The position numbers were made by a program, and so were the translations under genes. This document shows positions 12,844 through 23,951 of a stretch of DNA of 64,000 nt, piece after piece. The number at the start of each line of letters is the position of its first letter. Positions within the stretch are counted from its first letter, which is position 1. The notes under the pieces are model-generated. The model searched no databases, was not told the DNA's origin, and saw only the letters and a program-made list of their open reading frames with translations. This DNA comes from an uncultured Acidobacteriota bacterium (GTDB lineage Bacteria > Acidobacteriota > UBA6911): assembly GCA_963747985.1 (NCBI GenBank), contig CAVVHG010000013.1, positions 75,695 through 139,694 of the forward strand. The letters run 5' to 3'.

Positions 12844-13196
12844 CTGCGATTCGGGCACATCGCCGGCTATACCAGACCGAAACTACAATCCGGCGCCGAC
12901 GATCCGGCTCGCTTTTGGGACGCCATGCCCCGGGTTTCGGCGGGGTTCACATGTGAATCTTCCGCCGCGGGCTTCAGCCCCCGGAGAGACAGTCCGCCAG
13001 GGCGGCTCGAGCCCGTACCGACCGAGCAGGAGCGCTAGCAGGTCTCCCGGCTGATGCCTTTGATACAGAAGGCGCAGGTGGGACTGTGCAAGGCAGACCA
13101 TGGCCCCGTATTGCAGCTATGGCCGAATGCTGATGGGAGGAAGTGGGACAGAGTAGGCGCGCTCCGCCCCTCTGCTCGCGCCGGCCGCTGATCCGC

Positions 13197-14276
13197 CTAT
13201 GCGCTCGCTGCCGGCTTATCAGCCGCGAGCTCGGTCTCGGCTCTCTTGTATATCTTGTCAATCCCGATCGTCGTGTTGTTGTGGATCGCCTTGTAGATCT
13301 TTTCCAGGTGTTCCTTTGCCTGCTCGGAGAACTCACCTTTAAGCAGATATGCTTTGGCAAAGGAAAGGGGCGCCTCGTCGTTCTCGACTTTTCCCAGTCT
13401 CCACTGGGAGAGCCCGATGTAGTAGTATGCCATATCGAATTTCGGATCGACTGTCAGTGACTTTTCCAGCTCCCGGATGGCATCGGCAAACTTGTCCTTG
13501 TCGTAGTAGTTTACCCCGATGAGGTAATAGCATCCCCGCTTGGTCTTGGCGACCGCGTCGCGCCACGTCGCTTCGGGAGTGGCATCCGGCTTCTTTGCGG
13601 AGGTGAGGGCCTTCAGGGTGAGTTCAGCGAATTCGGCAGCCTTGTCGAATTGTTTCTCCTTGGAGTACTTGTCGACGAATTCCATCCACAGATCGAAGCG
13701 GCCCGCATACTCCGGGTAGGACATGGTCTTTTCAACCCATTCCCTCTGCTTCGCCAGATCATTCATCTTCTTGTAGGTCTCCTCGATCATGAAGGCCAGG
13801 GAGCCGTCCGGCTTGACGGCGTAGATCCTCAGCCCGTAATCCAGAAACTTCTGATCGTGTCCCAGCTGTCGGGCGGCATCCGCGGCGTAGCCGACGGTTT
13901 GGAGGTCATTCGGGAAGTATTTCATCCACCGTTCCGCAAGGCTCTCCAGCCTGTCGTACTTCTTCTCCTTCTGGAGTTCGTACATGAGGGTGAGGAAAGA
14001 GGTCACGATATACTGCTGGAGCTTCGACTGCGGGTACTTCTCCATGAACGCCAGAAGCATGTCGCCCCGCTTGTCGAGATCCTTCTCGTTCACTCCCTTT
14101 TCGTAGGCGTCGTACTCTTCCTCGGTGTATTCCTGTGTCTCCTGTTCGACGGTCTGTGCCGGCTTCGCCTGGGGTTTCTGGGCGGGCTGGGCTTGAGAAA
14201 ACATGGCAGGCACCGACATCAGCAGGAGCGCTGCCGCCAGGAGTGCGATAAAGATCCTCTTATTACCAGGCTTCAT
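13197..14276 (-). CDS. Secreted tetratricopeptide-repeat protein
   Basis: Signal peptide, helical repeats (YYLIGVNYY...AIRELEKSLTVDPKFDMAYYYIG). Confidence 0.75.
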   Translation of the reverse strand: MKPGNKRIFIALLAAALLLMSVPAMFSQAQPAQKPQAKPAQTVEQETQEYTEEEYDAYEKGVNEKDLDKRGDMLLAFMEKYPQSKLQQYIVTSFLTLMYELQKEKKYDRLESLAERWMKYFPNDLQTVGYAADAARQLGHDQKFLDYGLRIYAVKPDGSLAFMIEETYKKMNDLAKQREWVEKTMSYPEYAGRFDLWMEFVDKYSKEKQFDKAAEFAELTLKALTSAKKPDATPEATWRDAVAKTKRGCYYLIGVNYYDKDKFADAIRELEKSLTVDPKFDMAYYYIGLSQWRLGKVENDEAPLSFAKAYLLKGEFSEQAKEHLEKIYKAIHNNTTIGIDKIYKRAETELAADKPAASA

Positions 14277-14492
14277 TGCTGGACCCCCCCTCGGGAATCG
14301 AATCTGACGCATTGTATGAGATCGTCAAAATTCAAATCAACTATATTGTATTCGACCTTGCGTCCACCGGTCCCTCCTGATGATGGGAAATCAACGGGAA
14401 AGTTTCACTCAGGGGGTTGTGCCTCCGGAGCGCGTCTGTCGAGGAAGCGATGGTGATTCCCCGTGGCCGGGATCTGCTGCCGCCGCACGGTA

Positions 14493-15623
14493 TCAGATCC
14501 GCAGGAAGGTGCGGTTGCGATACAGGTAGTAGAGGCCGAGCCAGAGGATCCCCAGAGCTCCGGACGCCAGCAGGAGGTTACCGAAAGCGCCCAGGTGCCT
14601 CGCAAGACCTGCAAAGAGTGTGGTGCTGATCTGCGAGAAACTGATGATGTCCGGAGCGATGTACGCGACGATGGCGTTCATGCCGATGACAATGAAGAAG
14701 AACGCCCAGCGCTGGTAGCCCTTGACGTCGATCACCCAATAGAACAGTGCCAGGAGCAACAGGCAGAGGCCGCCCGACCACAGTACCATCGAACTCGTCC
14801 AGATGTGCTTGATGATCGGGCATTCGAATCCCCATAACCAGCCTGCGGCAAGGCACCCTATTCCTGAAATAGCGAGTGAAAGCGCCTTGCGCACGCCTGA
14901 GAGCGAGGAGCGCAGCAGGTGCCCGGCCAGGACACCCATCAACACCGTCGCTCCAAATCCCAGGCTGCTGAGGATCCAGGTGTAGGTGGTGCCGTCCTGG
15001 AAGCGGCCCAACAGGGCCTTGTCGATCCACATTGCCAGGTTCCCGTCCGGAGTCAGGACGCCGGCACCGTGACCCGGAACCGGAACGAATCGCATCAACG
15101 CCCAGTAGGCAGCCAGCAGCGAGCCTGTCAGCGCCGCCTGACCGCGAATCGGGAGTTCGACAAGCGCAATTCCTGAAATCAGGTAACCGGCCGCGATGGC
15201 CTGAAGCGTGTTGCTGTAGAACTGGAGGTTGTTGACGTCGAAGGCCAGCAGATGCCCTTGCGCGACCATTCCCAGGATCCAGAGCACGACCACGCGGTAG
15301 ATCAGCTTGCCATAGATTTTGCGCCGGCCATCCCCGCGCTCGATGCGCTTTCCCAGCGAGAACGGCATGGCTACCCCCACGATGAAGAGGAACAGCGGCA
15401 TTATCAGGTCCCAGCCGACGAAGCCTTCCCATTCCACATGATCAAATTGGCGATCCAGCCAGAGCGGGAGCGGGTTGGAAAAGAGTTTGAAGAACTCCAT
15501 CACGAACGGGCCGCCTCCCGCGATCCAGAACATGTCAAATCCGCGTAAGGCGTCCACTGACACCACGCGCTGCGTGGCAACCGAACCTGATGCTTTCGTA
15601 CCGGTGGAGCCGCTATGACTCAT
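14493..15623 (-). CDS. DUF5009 / heparan-alpha-glucosaminide N-acetyltransferase-like membrane protein
   Basis: RVVSVDALRGFDMFWI, H..W.G...WDLIMPLFLFIVG, PIIKHIWTSS, GMNAI. Confidence 0.88.
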   Translation of the reverse strand: MSHSGSTGTKASGSVATQRVVSVDALRGFDMFWIAGGGPFVMEFFKLFSNPLPLWLDRQFDHVEWEGFVGWDLIMPLFLFIVGVAMPFSLGKRIERGDGRRKIYGKLIYRVVVLWILGMVAQGHLLAFDVNNLQFYSNTLQAIAAGYLISGIALVELPIRGQAALTGSLLAAYWALMRFVPVPGHGAGVLTPDGNLAMWIDKALLGRFQDGTTYTWILSSLGFGATVLMGVLAGHLLRSSLSGVRKALSLAISGIGCLAAGWLWGFECPIIKHIWTSSMVLWSGGLCLLLLALFYWVIDVKGYQRWAFFFIVIGMNAIVAYIAPDIISFSQISTTLFAGLARHLGAFGNLLLASGALGILWLGLYYLYRNRTFLRI

Positions 15624-15798
15624 TTCTCTTCTCCAGTTGAGGGGTAGTGCCCCCGACCCTTCAGCTTCAGGCCGGGGTGTTGGACAGATCCGAACAATGA
15701 CGGGCGCCTATTATAGGGCCGGGTGGAAACGATTGAACAGCGAAACGTGAAGGCGCCTGGTCGCGAAATGCCGGGCCGGCAGGGGATGGCGGGGAGAG

Positions 15799-15872
15799 TG
15801 GCTGGGAGACAGGGATTCGAACCCCGATTAAGTGGTCCAGAGCCACCCGTCCTACCGTTAGACGATCTCCCA
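15799..15872 (-). tRNA. tRNA-Gln (anticodon CTG)
   Basis: Minus strand TGGGAGATCGTCTAACGGTAGGAC...CTCTGGA...GGTTCGAATCC...CTCCCAGCCA; cloverleaf with encoded CCA. Confidence 0.97.
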
Positions 15873-15981
15873 GCTGCAAAAGCATGCCTATGTTAAGGAA
15901 TAACGCCCCCAAATTCAAGAGTGGAGAACCCCTCGAAGCGGCGCGGCGGGCGGGAATCGCGGGGCTTGATCGTCGCTGCCT

Positions 15982-16428
15982 TCACAGCCAGCGCAGCACT
16001 TCGGAAGCGTGCCTGCCCGGCTTGGTGTCGCGGATTATTTCCGCAATGCGGCCGTCTTTTCCAATGACGCAGGTGACCCTCTCCACAAGCTTGAAGACGA
16101 GAAAACTGGTGACCTTGACTCCGTAGAGCCGGCAGAGCTCAAAGTCGGGATCGGGCAGCAAATCGAACGGGAGCCCCTCCGCCTGACGGAAGGCGATGTC
16201 TGCATCCGCCGTGTCGGGGCTGACGCCGAAGATCACAGTGTCGTTTTGTTCAAACTCCCTGAAAAGTTCGCGGAACCCGCGAGCCTCAGCGGTTCAGCCG
16301 GGAGTCCCTTCACGGGAGAAGAAATAGAGCACGACGTTCTTCTTGCCGATGAAATCATCCAGGCAGACGATCCTGCCATCCTGCGTGCGCGCGGTGAAAC
16401 GCGGCGCAAGGCTGCCCATAGTCAGCAT
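15982..16428 (-). CDS. Peroxiredoxin (Bcp/PrxQ family), probable selenoprotein
   Basis: MLTMGSLAPRF...VVLYFFSREGTPG-[TGA at 16294-16296]-TAEARGFR...GVSPD...LPFDLL.D...ERVT; frame continues through the TGA; strong RBS. Confidence 0.88.
16259..16289 (-). promoter_or_regulatory. Candidate bacterial SECIS hairpin
   Basis: mRNA CUGAGG-C-UCGCGG-GUU-CCGCGA-ACU-UUUCAG; G-containing apical loop 17 nt after the UGA. Confidence 0.6.
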
Positions 16429-16440
16429 CTTCTCCCCCTT

Positions 16441-16566
16441 CGACGTCGGGATCGGAGTCAGCATCGCAATCGATATCGAGATGCGAATTCATGAATGGCC
16501 GACGCGCCTTTCGATTGATGCCGGCCTTCGCGCGATCGCGACAGCGATCCCGATACCGACCCCGAT
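16441..16566. repeat. Inverted hexamer-array element, (CGNNAT)n family, copy 2
   Basis: 7 left units (CGACGT CGGGAT CGGAGT CAGCAT CGCAAT CGATAT CGAGAT) and 6 right units (CGCGAT CGCGAC AGCGAT CCCGAT ACCGAC CCCGAT). Confidence 0.85.
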
Positions 16567-16739
16567 GGTAACCTTGATGCCCGGCCCGGTCGGGCGGTCC
16601 CAAGGTACCACCATTCCCGGCGTTGTGCTACCATGCGTGGTCGCGCCGGAATGCAGGCACGGGCCGGCAAGGCTTGGTGCATGCATCGGGGCCGCGGGGG
16701 TGCGGCGGACGGAACCACTTGGAGAGGGAGGTTGCGAAG

Positions 16740-18026
<1,287 letters not shown>

Positions 18027-18145
18027 GAGCTGGATTCGGTGACCCGGAGATATGCCCGAAGACCGCCTGTCCCCGGTTCGCAATCCTCTTGCCGGCAACG
18101 ACACCCGGAACTCACACACAAGTCTTTCCAGCAGGCAGAGCGACC

Positions 18146-19528
18146 ATGATGAATGACCGAGGACTTGCAGTCATCCCCCTCCTGGCAGTGCTGGCGTGTT
18201 CAGCAGCACTGATTTTGCTGGGAGTCGGAGTTTTTCACGTCGGTTCGCCCCCGGAGATCCGGATAGTGGCCGGCGCCCCGGTGATCGGCAAGCAGACCGG
18301 GATCAGGATTGAAGTGTCAGAACCACGGCGAGGATTGAGCGACGTGAAGGTCGAACTTGTCCAGGGCGACAAGACCGGCAGGCTTCTGGAAAAGGCTTAT
18401 CAGCCGCGCGGGCAGTTTCGCTTCTGGGGTCCCCGCACCGAGCGGGACACCCTCACATGCGAAGCCGGGCGGTCGGCTGTCCCATGGCTGATCGAAGGGA
18501 ACGCGACTGTGAGGGTGACGGCCGGGCGTGCCGGCACCTGGCTTCGCGGCCCTGGTCCTGAGATCCGCGAACTGACCCTGCCGGTTCGCCTCACCCCGCC
18601 TGCTCTGCAGGTGAAGTCCGGCGGGACTTACGTGAATCAGGGCGGGTGCGAGGTCGTTGTCTACCAGGTCGGTGAGAGCGCCGTGCGTGACGGGGTTCGG
18701 TCCGGCACCTGGTGGTTCCCCGGATATCCCTTGCCAGGTGGAGGCAAGCAGGATCGCTTTGCTCTGTTCGCGGTTCCATACGACGTGACCGGCCCTGACC
18801 CCCGCCTGGTTGCGGTCGACGGGGCAGGGAACGAGGCCGAGGCGAGGATACTGGACAGGTTCACGCAGAAGGCGTTCAGAAGAGACACGATCCAATTGAC
18901 CGCTTCCTTCCTCGGGAAGGTCGTTCCCGAAATCATGTCTCATTCGCCGCAGTTGCAGGATCGAGGAAACCTGGTCGACAATTTCCTGGAGATCAACACG
19001 AAGCTGCGGCAGGAGAATGCAGGCGAATTGAAGAAGATGGCGGCCGCCTCACGACAGCGTTTCCTGTGGCGCCGACCGTTCCTCATGATGCGTAACGGCA
19101 AAGCCATGGCAGGGTTTGGTGACCACCGGACCTACCGTTACGAAGGCAAGGATCTCGACAGTCAGGATCATCTCGGATTCGACCTGGCCGTCACCCGGCA
19201 TTCACCGGTGCCCGCCGCCAACGACGGTGTCGTCGTCTGCGCAAGGTACTTCGGCATCTACGGAAACACGGTGGTGATCGATCACGGATACGGGCTCATG
19301 AGCCTTTACGGGCACCTGTCCTCGATAGGAGTCAAGGACGGCCAGCAGGTCAAGAGGGGCGAGGTCCTGGGGACCACGGGAGAAACCGGCCTGGCAGGCG
19401 GGGATCACCTGCATTTCACGACCCTGCTGCAGGGATTGCCCGTCAATCCCGTGGAATGGTGGGACGCGCACTGGATTGAGGACCGGATTGCGGGGAAGCT
19501 CGGTGCAGCGTTGCCGTTCGAACGGTGA
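18146..19528 (+). CDS. M23 family metallopeptidase, membrane-anchored
   Basis: [28 protein letters not shown]; ATG 18146 preferred to the 17333 ORF start. Confidence 0.92.
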   Translation: MMNDRGLAVIPLLAVLACSAALILLGVGVFHVGSPPEIRIVAGAPVIGKQTGIRIEVSEPRRGLSDVKVELVQGDKTGRLLEKAYQPRGQFRFWGPRTERDTLTCEAGRSAVPWLIEGNATVRVTAGRAGTWLRGPGPEIRELTLPVRLTPPALQVKSGGTYVNQGGCEVVVYQVGESAVRDGVRSGTWWFPGYPLPGGGKQDRFALFAVPYDVTGPDPRLVAVDGAGNEAEARILDRFTQKAFRRDTIQLTASFLGKVVPEIMSHSPQLQDRGNLVDNFLEINTKLRQENAGELKKMAAASRQRFLWRRPFLMMRNGKAMAGFGDHRTYRYEGKDLDSQDHLGFDLAVTRHSPVPAANDGVVVCARYFGIYGNTVVIDHGYGLMSLYGHLSSIGVKDGQQVKRGEVLGTTGETGLAGGDHLHFTTLLQGLPVNPVEWWDAHWIEDRIAGKLGAALPFER

Positions 19529-19550
19529 CCTGCGTGAGGCAGCCTGCAGC

Positions 19551-20873
19551 CTACCGGAAGAAGAGGATCCAGACCAGGGCAAACACCGGCAACAGTATCG
19601 GCAGGGAGTATTTGAAGACGTAACCGAAGAAGCTCGGGCAATCGACCCCGGCGTGCTCGGCGATGGACTTGACCATGAAGTTGGGCCCGTTGCCGATGTA
19701 GGTGTTGGCGCCGAAAAAGACCGCCCCGACCGAAATGGCCAGAAGAAATTGCCCGTGCTGGGCAATCAGGATCCTGACCTGCCCGGGATTGTTCAGCGCC
19801 AGGCCGTGGAGCCCCATCGCCGCGCTGAGGAAGTTGAGGTATGTCGGAGCGTTGTCGAGGATGCTTGACAGGGTGCCCGATGCCCAATAGAACCCGCCCG
19901 GGGAACGGATCCCCAGATGGTCCGCATTGAGCGCCAGCCAGTCGAGAGCCGGAACCATCGTGGCGAATATGCCGGCGAAGAGGATTGCGACCTCTTTGAT
20001 GGGTGTGAAGCTGAATTCGTTCCTGCGCAACGCTTCCTTGTTGGCGAAGCGGTGAGCCGCGATCGCCGCGCAGATCATGATGAACTCTCTGACCGGCGTC
20101 GCTGCGAAGACAGCTGCCAGGATAATGAACAGGAAAATGAAATTCTGCGATCCCATCACCTGGATCCTGGCGCCTCTTACCGGCCGGTGGCCGATTTCGA
20201 GGTACCTGCGATAGGCCAGGGTGTCAAACACGAGAAAGATGGCGAGCACCAGGCTGAGGGTCAACAGCCAGATCGGCCACACCTTGATGATCGTCCAGTG
20301 AAAAGGTACTCCGTTCAGATAGCCGAGGAAGAGCGGAGGATCGCCGATCGGAGTCAGCGCCCCGCCGATATTGCTGACCACAAAAATGAAGAAGACCACG
20401 TGAAAGCCGCGGATCCTCTGTTTGTTCATGCGGAGGAACGGCCGGATCATCAGCATCGACGCCCCGGTTGTCCCGAGCAGGTTTGAAACCACGGCACCCG
20501 CGGCAAGGATGAACGTGTTCAGCCACGGCGTGGCGTGGCGTTCCGTGTGGAGGAAGATCCCGCTCGAGGCGACGAAGAGCGACCCGATCAGCACGATGAA
20601 ACTGAAGTATTCCACCGAGGTTTCCAGCATGCGCCGGACGTCGAGCGCCAGCGAGTAGTAGGCGAAGACGGCGAATCCCAGGCCAATCGACACGTGCGGG
20701 TAGTATTTGTCCCACCATGCGCGGTTTATGAACGGCACCACGGCTATGGCTGCGAGCAGCAGGATGAACGGGGTGAGCATCCATCCCCTGACCGGCGGGA
20801 TGGCGTTCTCAGCCGCGAACAGGGTGAGCGGGGAAAACACGCACGCCAGGAACAAAACGAAACGTGCAAGCAT
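19551..20873 (-). CDS. Putative Na+/H+ antiporter (ion transporter superfamily)
   Basis: GTTGASMLMIRP, SNIGGALTPIGDPPLFLG, LDNAPTY, TYIGNGPNFMVK. Confidence 0.88.
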   Translation of the reverse strand: MLARFVLFLACVFSPLTLFAAENAIPPVRGWMLTPFILLLAAIAVVPFINRAWWDKYYPHVSIGLGFAVFAYYSLALDVRRMLETSVEYFSFIVLIGSLFVASSGIFLHTERHATPWLNTFILAAGAVVSNLLGTTGASMLMIRPFLRMNKQRIRGFHVVFFIFVVSNIGGALTPIGDPPLFLGYLNGVPFHWTIIKVWPIWLLTLSLVLAIFLVFDTLAYRRYLEIGHRPVRGARIQVMGSQNFIFLFIILAAVFAATPVREFIMICAAIAAHRFANKEALRRNEFSFTPIKEVAILFAGIFATMVPALDWLALNADHLGIRSPGGFYWASGTLSSILDNAPTYLNFLSAAMGLHGLALNNPGQVRILIAQHGQFLLAISVGAVFFGANTYIGNGPNFMVKSIAEHAGVDCPSFFGYVFKYSLPILLPVFALVWILFFR

Positions 20874-21020
20874 AACGGGCGGGAATCATATCAATCCCCC
20901 GTGATCGCTGACAAACACAATCAACGGCGCAGCGCCCGACGGGCGCGGCACAGGCCCCACCGCGGAGGTGCCCGGCTCGCGGACGGCAGCCTGGTGCATG
21001 CGCCCGATCCCGCAGAAAAA

Positions 21021-21037
21021 ACTTTATAACATAAAGT
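21021..21037. promoter_or_regulatory. Palindromic operator candidate
   Basis: ACTTTAT-AAC-ATAAAGT, AT-rich perfect inverted repeat upstream of an operon encoding a wHTH regulator. Confidence 0.6.
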
Positions 21038-21095
21038 ACTTGACTGCCCTTTGGCGCTCGTGAGAAGATCCTCCCGTGGTTCGGGAGATCAGGCC

Positions 21096-21701
21096 ATGAC
21101 AAACCCGCTCAATCCGGAAGCAGCGCGTGAAAACCTCCTCTACATTCGCAGAACCCTGGAGGCCGCGGGGCAGTTTACCGCGGTGCCGGGCAAGTCCCTG
21201 ATGGCCGCAGGATTCGTGGCACTGGCAGGGGTAATGGCGAATTCCCTTGTCACCGGGGCTCCGTGGAGCCAATGGCCGCCGCCGGCCTACTCGCTGGATA
21301 TCTGGGGTGTTGTTCTGGGCGTGTCCCTGGCCATTGTTTCCTTCGGCATCTACCGCAAGGCTGAGCAGATGAGGAGCCCGATCCAGGCGGCGCTGATTCG
21401 CAGGCTGCTCTGGAGTCTCTGCCCCGCCTTCTTCGTGGGTGGCCTGCTGACCAATCTCGCCGTGCGGAGTCACAACCTCGAGTGGCTTCCCGCGATCTGG
21501 CTGGGATGCTACGGCGCTGCGATCGTCAACGGAGGGCAGGTGTCCGTGCCGCCTGTCCGCTACATGGGCCTGTCCTTCCTCGCGGTTTCAGCCTGGGCGG
21601 CCATGACTTCGCCCGCTACGGGGCTTGTCTGGCTGGGCCTGGGATTCGGATGGCTGCACATGGTTTACGGCGCCTATATCGCCTGGAGGCACAATGGTTA
21701 G
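21096..21701 (+). CDS. Hypothetical multi-pass membrane protein
   Basis: ARENLLYIRRTLE N-terminal helix, about 6 hydrophobic segments, GFGWLH near the C-terminus. Confidence 0.75.
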   Translation: MTNPLNPEAARENLLYIRRTLEAAGQFTAVPGKSLMAAGFVALAGVMANSLVTGAPWSQWPPPAYSLDIWGVVLGVSLAIVSFGIYRKAEQMRSPIQAALIRRLLWSLCPAFFVGGLLTNLAVRSHNLEWLPAIWLGCYGAAIVNGGQVSVPPVRYMGLSFLAVSAWAAMTSPATGLVWLGLGFGWLHMVYGAYIAWRHNG

Positions 21702-22071
21702 GCATGCTCGCCCCCGGCCGACGCCGTCCGAACTGGACCCTCTCATCCACGAACGGCTCCGGCTCGGGATCCTCTCGGCGCTTGCAGTACAGGAGTCGCT
21801 GAGTTTTACCGAACTGCGCGACCTGCTGGAGACGACGGACGGAAACCTCAGCGTCCAGGCGCGCAAGCTGGAAGAAGCCGGATACGTCACCTGCGACAAA
21901 CGTTTCGAGGATCGGAAGCCCCGCAGCACCTACCGGCTGAGTCCTGCCGGGAGGGCCGCCCTGCGCGCTTACATAGAGAAGCTGTCGGGCCTGTTACCCG
22001 ACCTCGACCAGGCCAGGAACCACACGGGCTCCTTCCGGGCACAGCCTCACCCCCTGCCATCGAAGGGTTAG
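21694..22071 (+). CDS. Winged helix-turn-helix transcriptional regulator
   Basis: LDPLIHERLRLGILSAL...FTELR..L.TTDGNLS...KLEEAGYV. Confidence 0.9.
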   Translation: MVRHARPRPTPSELDPLIHERLRLGILSALAVQESLSFTELRDLLETTDGNLSVQARKLEEAGYVTCDKRFEDRKPRSTYRLSPAGRAALRAYIEKLSGLLPDLDQARNHTGSFRAQPHPLPSKG

Positions 22072-22164
22072 AGAGGGCCTGCCCGCTCCGGGTTGAGGCG
22101 GGATGGGGATCGTGGCCGGAGACTTCGTTTTACAAATATCTTGAGCGATGACGGAAGAGGAAAG

Positions 22165-22887
22165 ATGAACCAGTTGACTCACGTGGCGATCATCATGGAC
22201 GGCAACGGCAGATGGGCCATCGAGCGCGGCATGCCCCGATGGAAAGGTCACGAGGCCGGGGCCGATGCCGTTCGGCGCGCGACCAAGGCCGCCTGCAGGC
22301 ACGAGGTTTCTCAGCTGACGCTCTTTGCCTTTTCGAGTGAGAACTGGCGACGCCCGGCGAAAGAGGTCCATATCCTGTTCAGCCTCCTCCGCCGATACCT
22401 CGAATCAGAGACGGCCGCCCTGGTGGAAAACGGGATTCGCCTGAGCGCGTTCGGCCGGAGGGACCGGCTGCCGGCGGCCGTCCTCCAGAGCCTGCTCCTG
22501 GCGGAGGAGAGAACCCGTGGCGGCGAACGACTGCATTTGCGTCTGGCGCTCGATTACGGCGCTCGACACGAGTTCATCGAGGCCGCGAGGTCGCTGGCCC
22601 GGGAGGCGGCTCGGGGGATAATCCTGCCCGATCAGATTGACGAAGACCTGTTCGAAAAGAGACTCTCCTCGGGGGTGGTCCCGCCGCCGGATCTCATCAT
22701 CCGCACGTCAGGTGAGCGACGGCTGTCCAATTTCCTGCTCTGGCAGGCTGCTTATTCGGAACTGTATTTTTGCCCCAGGCTCTGGCCGGATTTCGAAGAG
22801 CGGGACTTCGACACGGCCGTTGAGGATTACGCCTTGAGGCAGCGAAGGTTCGGCTCAACAAGGCGTGCCGTCTGCCTGGCCGGTTGA
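22165..22887 (+). CDS. uppS: cis-isoprenyl transferase (undecaprenyl diphosphate synthase family)
   Basis: HVAIIMDGNGRWA, FAFSSENWRRP, DLIIRTSGERRLSNFLLWQAAYSEL. Confidence 0.95.
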   Translation: MNQLTHVAIIMDGNGRWAIERGMPRWKGHEAGADAVRRATKAACRHEVSQLTLFAFSSENWRRPAKEVHILFSLLRRYLESETAALVENGIRLSAFGRRDRLPAAVLQSLLLAEERTRGGERLHLRLALDYGARHEFIEAARSLAREAARGIILPDQIDEDLFEKRLSSGVVPPPDLIIRTSGERRLSNFLLWQAAYSELYFCPRLWPDFEERDFDTAVEDYALRQRRFGSTRRAVCLAG

Positions 22888-22920
22888 TGGGCACCGCGCC
22901 CCTGTCGTTCGCGCGCGGCG

Positions 22921-23709
22921 TCACCGGCGCACGACACCGCCATCCACCACGAGAGTCTGGCCGGTGATAAACCCGGACATCTCCGAAGCCAGGAAAAGCG
23001 CCGCCTCCCCTACCTCCTCGGGCAGGCCCCAACGGCGCAACGGCGCCTGTTCCGCGAAAAGTTGACGCGTGGCCGGATCGAGCAGGTCGTACGTCGCCGG
23101 TGTCCGGATATTCCCCAGGGCCAGGGCGTTCGCGCGGATGTTGTGGCGGCCGTATGCATGCGCGACATCCTTCATGAGGCCCAGTATTCCAGCCTTCGCC
23201 ACGGTGTACGGAGCCCCCTGGTAACCCGCAAGCGCCGGAGTAGAAGACACGTAGACGATGCTGCCGCGGCCGCGCGCCAGCATCAACGGAAGGGCTTCGT
23301 ATGTGCAGAAGACGGATCCCAGGGTGTCTGTTCTGAAGACGCCCAGGTACCATTCTTCCAGCTTGTCCGCCGGGGTCGCGCCCATGGGGGTGTTGAAGAG
23401 GTCGTCACGCAGCGGGTAGCCCGCGTTGCAGATCAGGACATCCAGCTTGCCCTCACACCACCCGCGGATTTGCCGGAACATGCCGCAGACATCGGATCGA
23501 ACCGAGACATCGCAGGCTATGCCGACGGTTCGCACGCCATGTTCGGCGGCGATTTCCTTCGCCGCCTGCTCGCAGTCGCCTGGATTCCTCGAACTCACGA
23601 CGAGGTTGCAGCCGTGGCGCGCGAGGATCCCCGCCATCGCGCGCCCGATTCCCCGGGTTGAGCCGGTTACGACGGCATGGTTGCCTTCCATTATCCGCGG
23701 TTTGCTCAT
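22921..23709 (-). CDS. SDR family oxidoreductase
   Basis: TGSTRGIG, NAG, YTVAK, ITGQTLVVDGG. Confidence 0.9.
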   Translation of the reverse strand: MSKPRIMEGNHAVVTGSTRGIGRAMAGILARHGCNLVVSSRNPGDCEQAAKEIAAEHGVRTVGIACDVSVRSDVCGMFRQIRGWCEGKLDVLICNAGYPLRDDLFNTPMGATPADKLEEWYLGVFRTDTLGSVFCTYEALPLMLARGRGSIVYVSSTPALAGYQGAPYTVAKAGILGLMKDVAHAYGRHNIRANALALGNIRTPATYDLLDPATRQLFAEQAPLRRWGLPEEVGEAALFLASEMSGFITGQTLVVDGGVVRR

Positions 23710-23951
23710 GCGTGCTTTTGTAGCACAGTCAGCTGCCTGCCGGAAGAGTGCGTTCTCGAGGCTACTGCCGACGAGCGTTGCGTCACTTGGGCCTGGACCA
23801 TCATGTGCCCGTCGGGTTCTGAGGGTACCTGGCAGGCTGAGGACAGGAGGAATGATCCCGCCTGCCGGGCGCGTGGGATGACACATACGGATTAGCGGCC
23901 AGCTGTGGTACAAGTTAGGCGATCTACGCGCGTCTTCCGGGACCGATCGCA

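Noticed and set aside
12844-13196. 350-bp gap after atpC with a hairpin near 12939-12966
   Set aside because: No recognisable ncRNA, repeat or credible ORF; cannot be supported without a covariance-model search
15787-15810. 10/12 tandem echo of the tRNA-Gln 3' end (TGGCGGGGAGAG / TGGCTGGGAGAC)
   Set aside because: Too short and G-rich to distinguish an excision scar from chance
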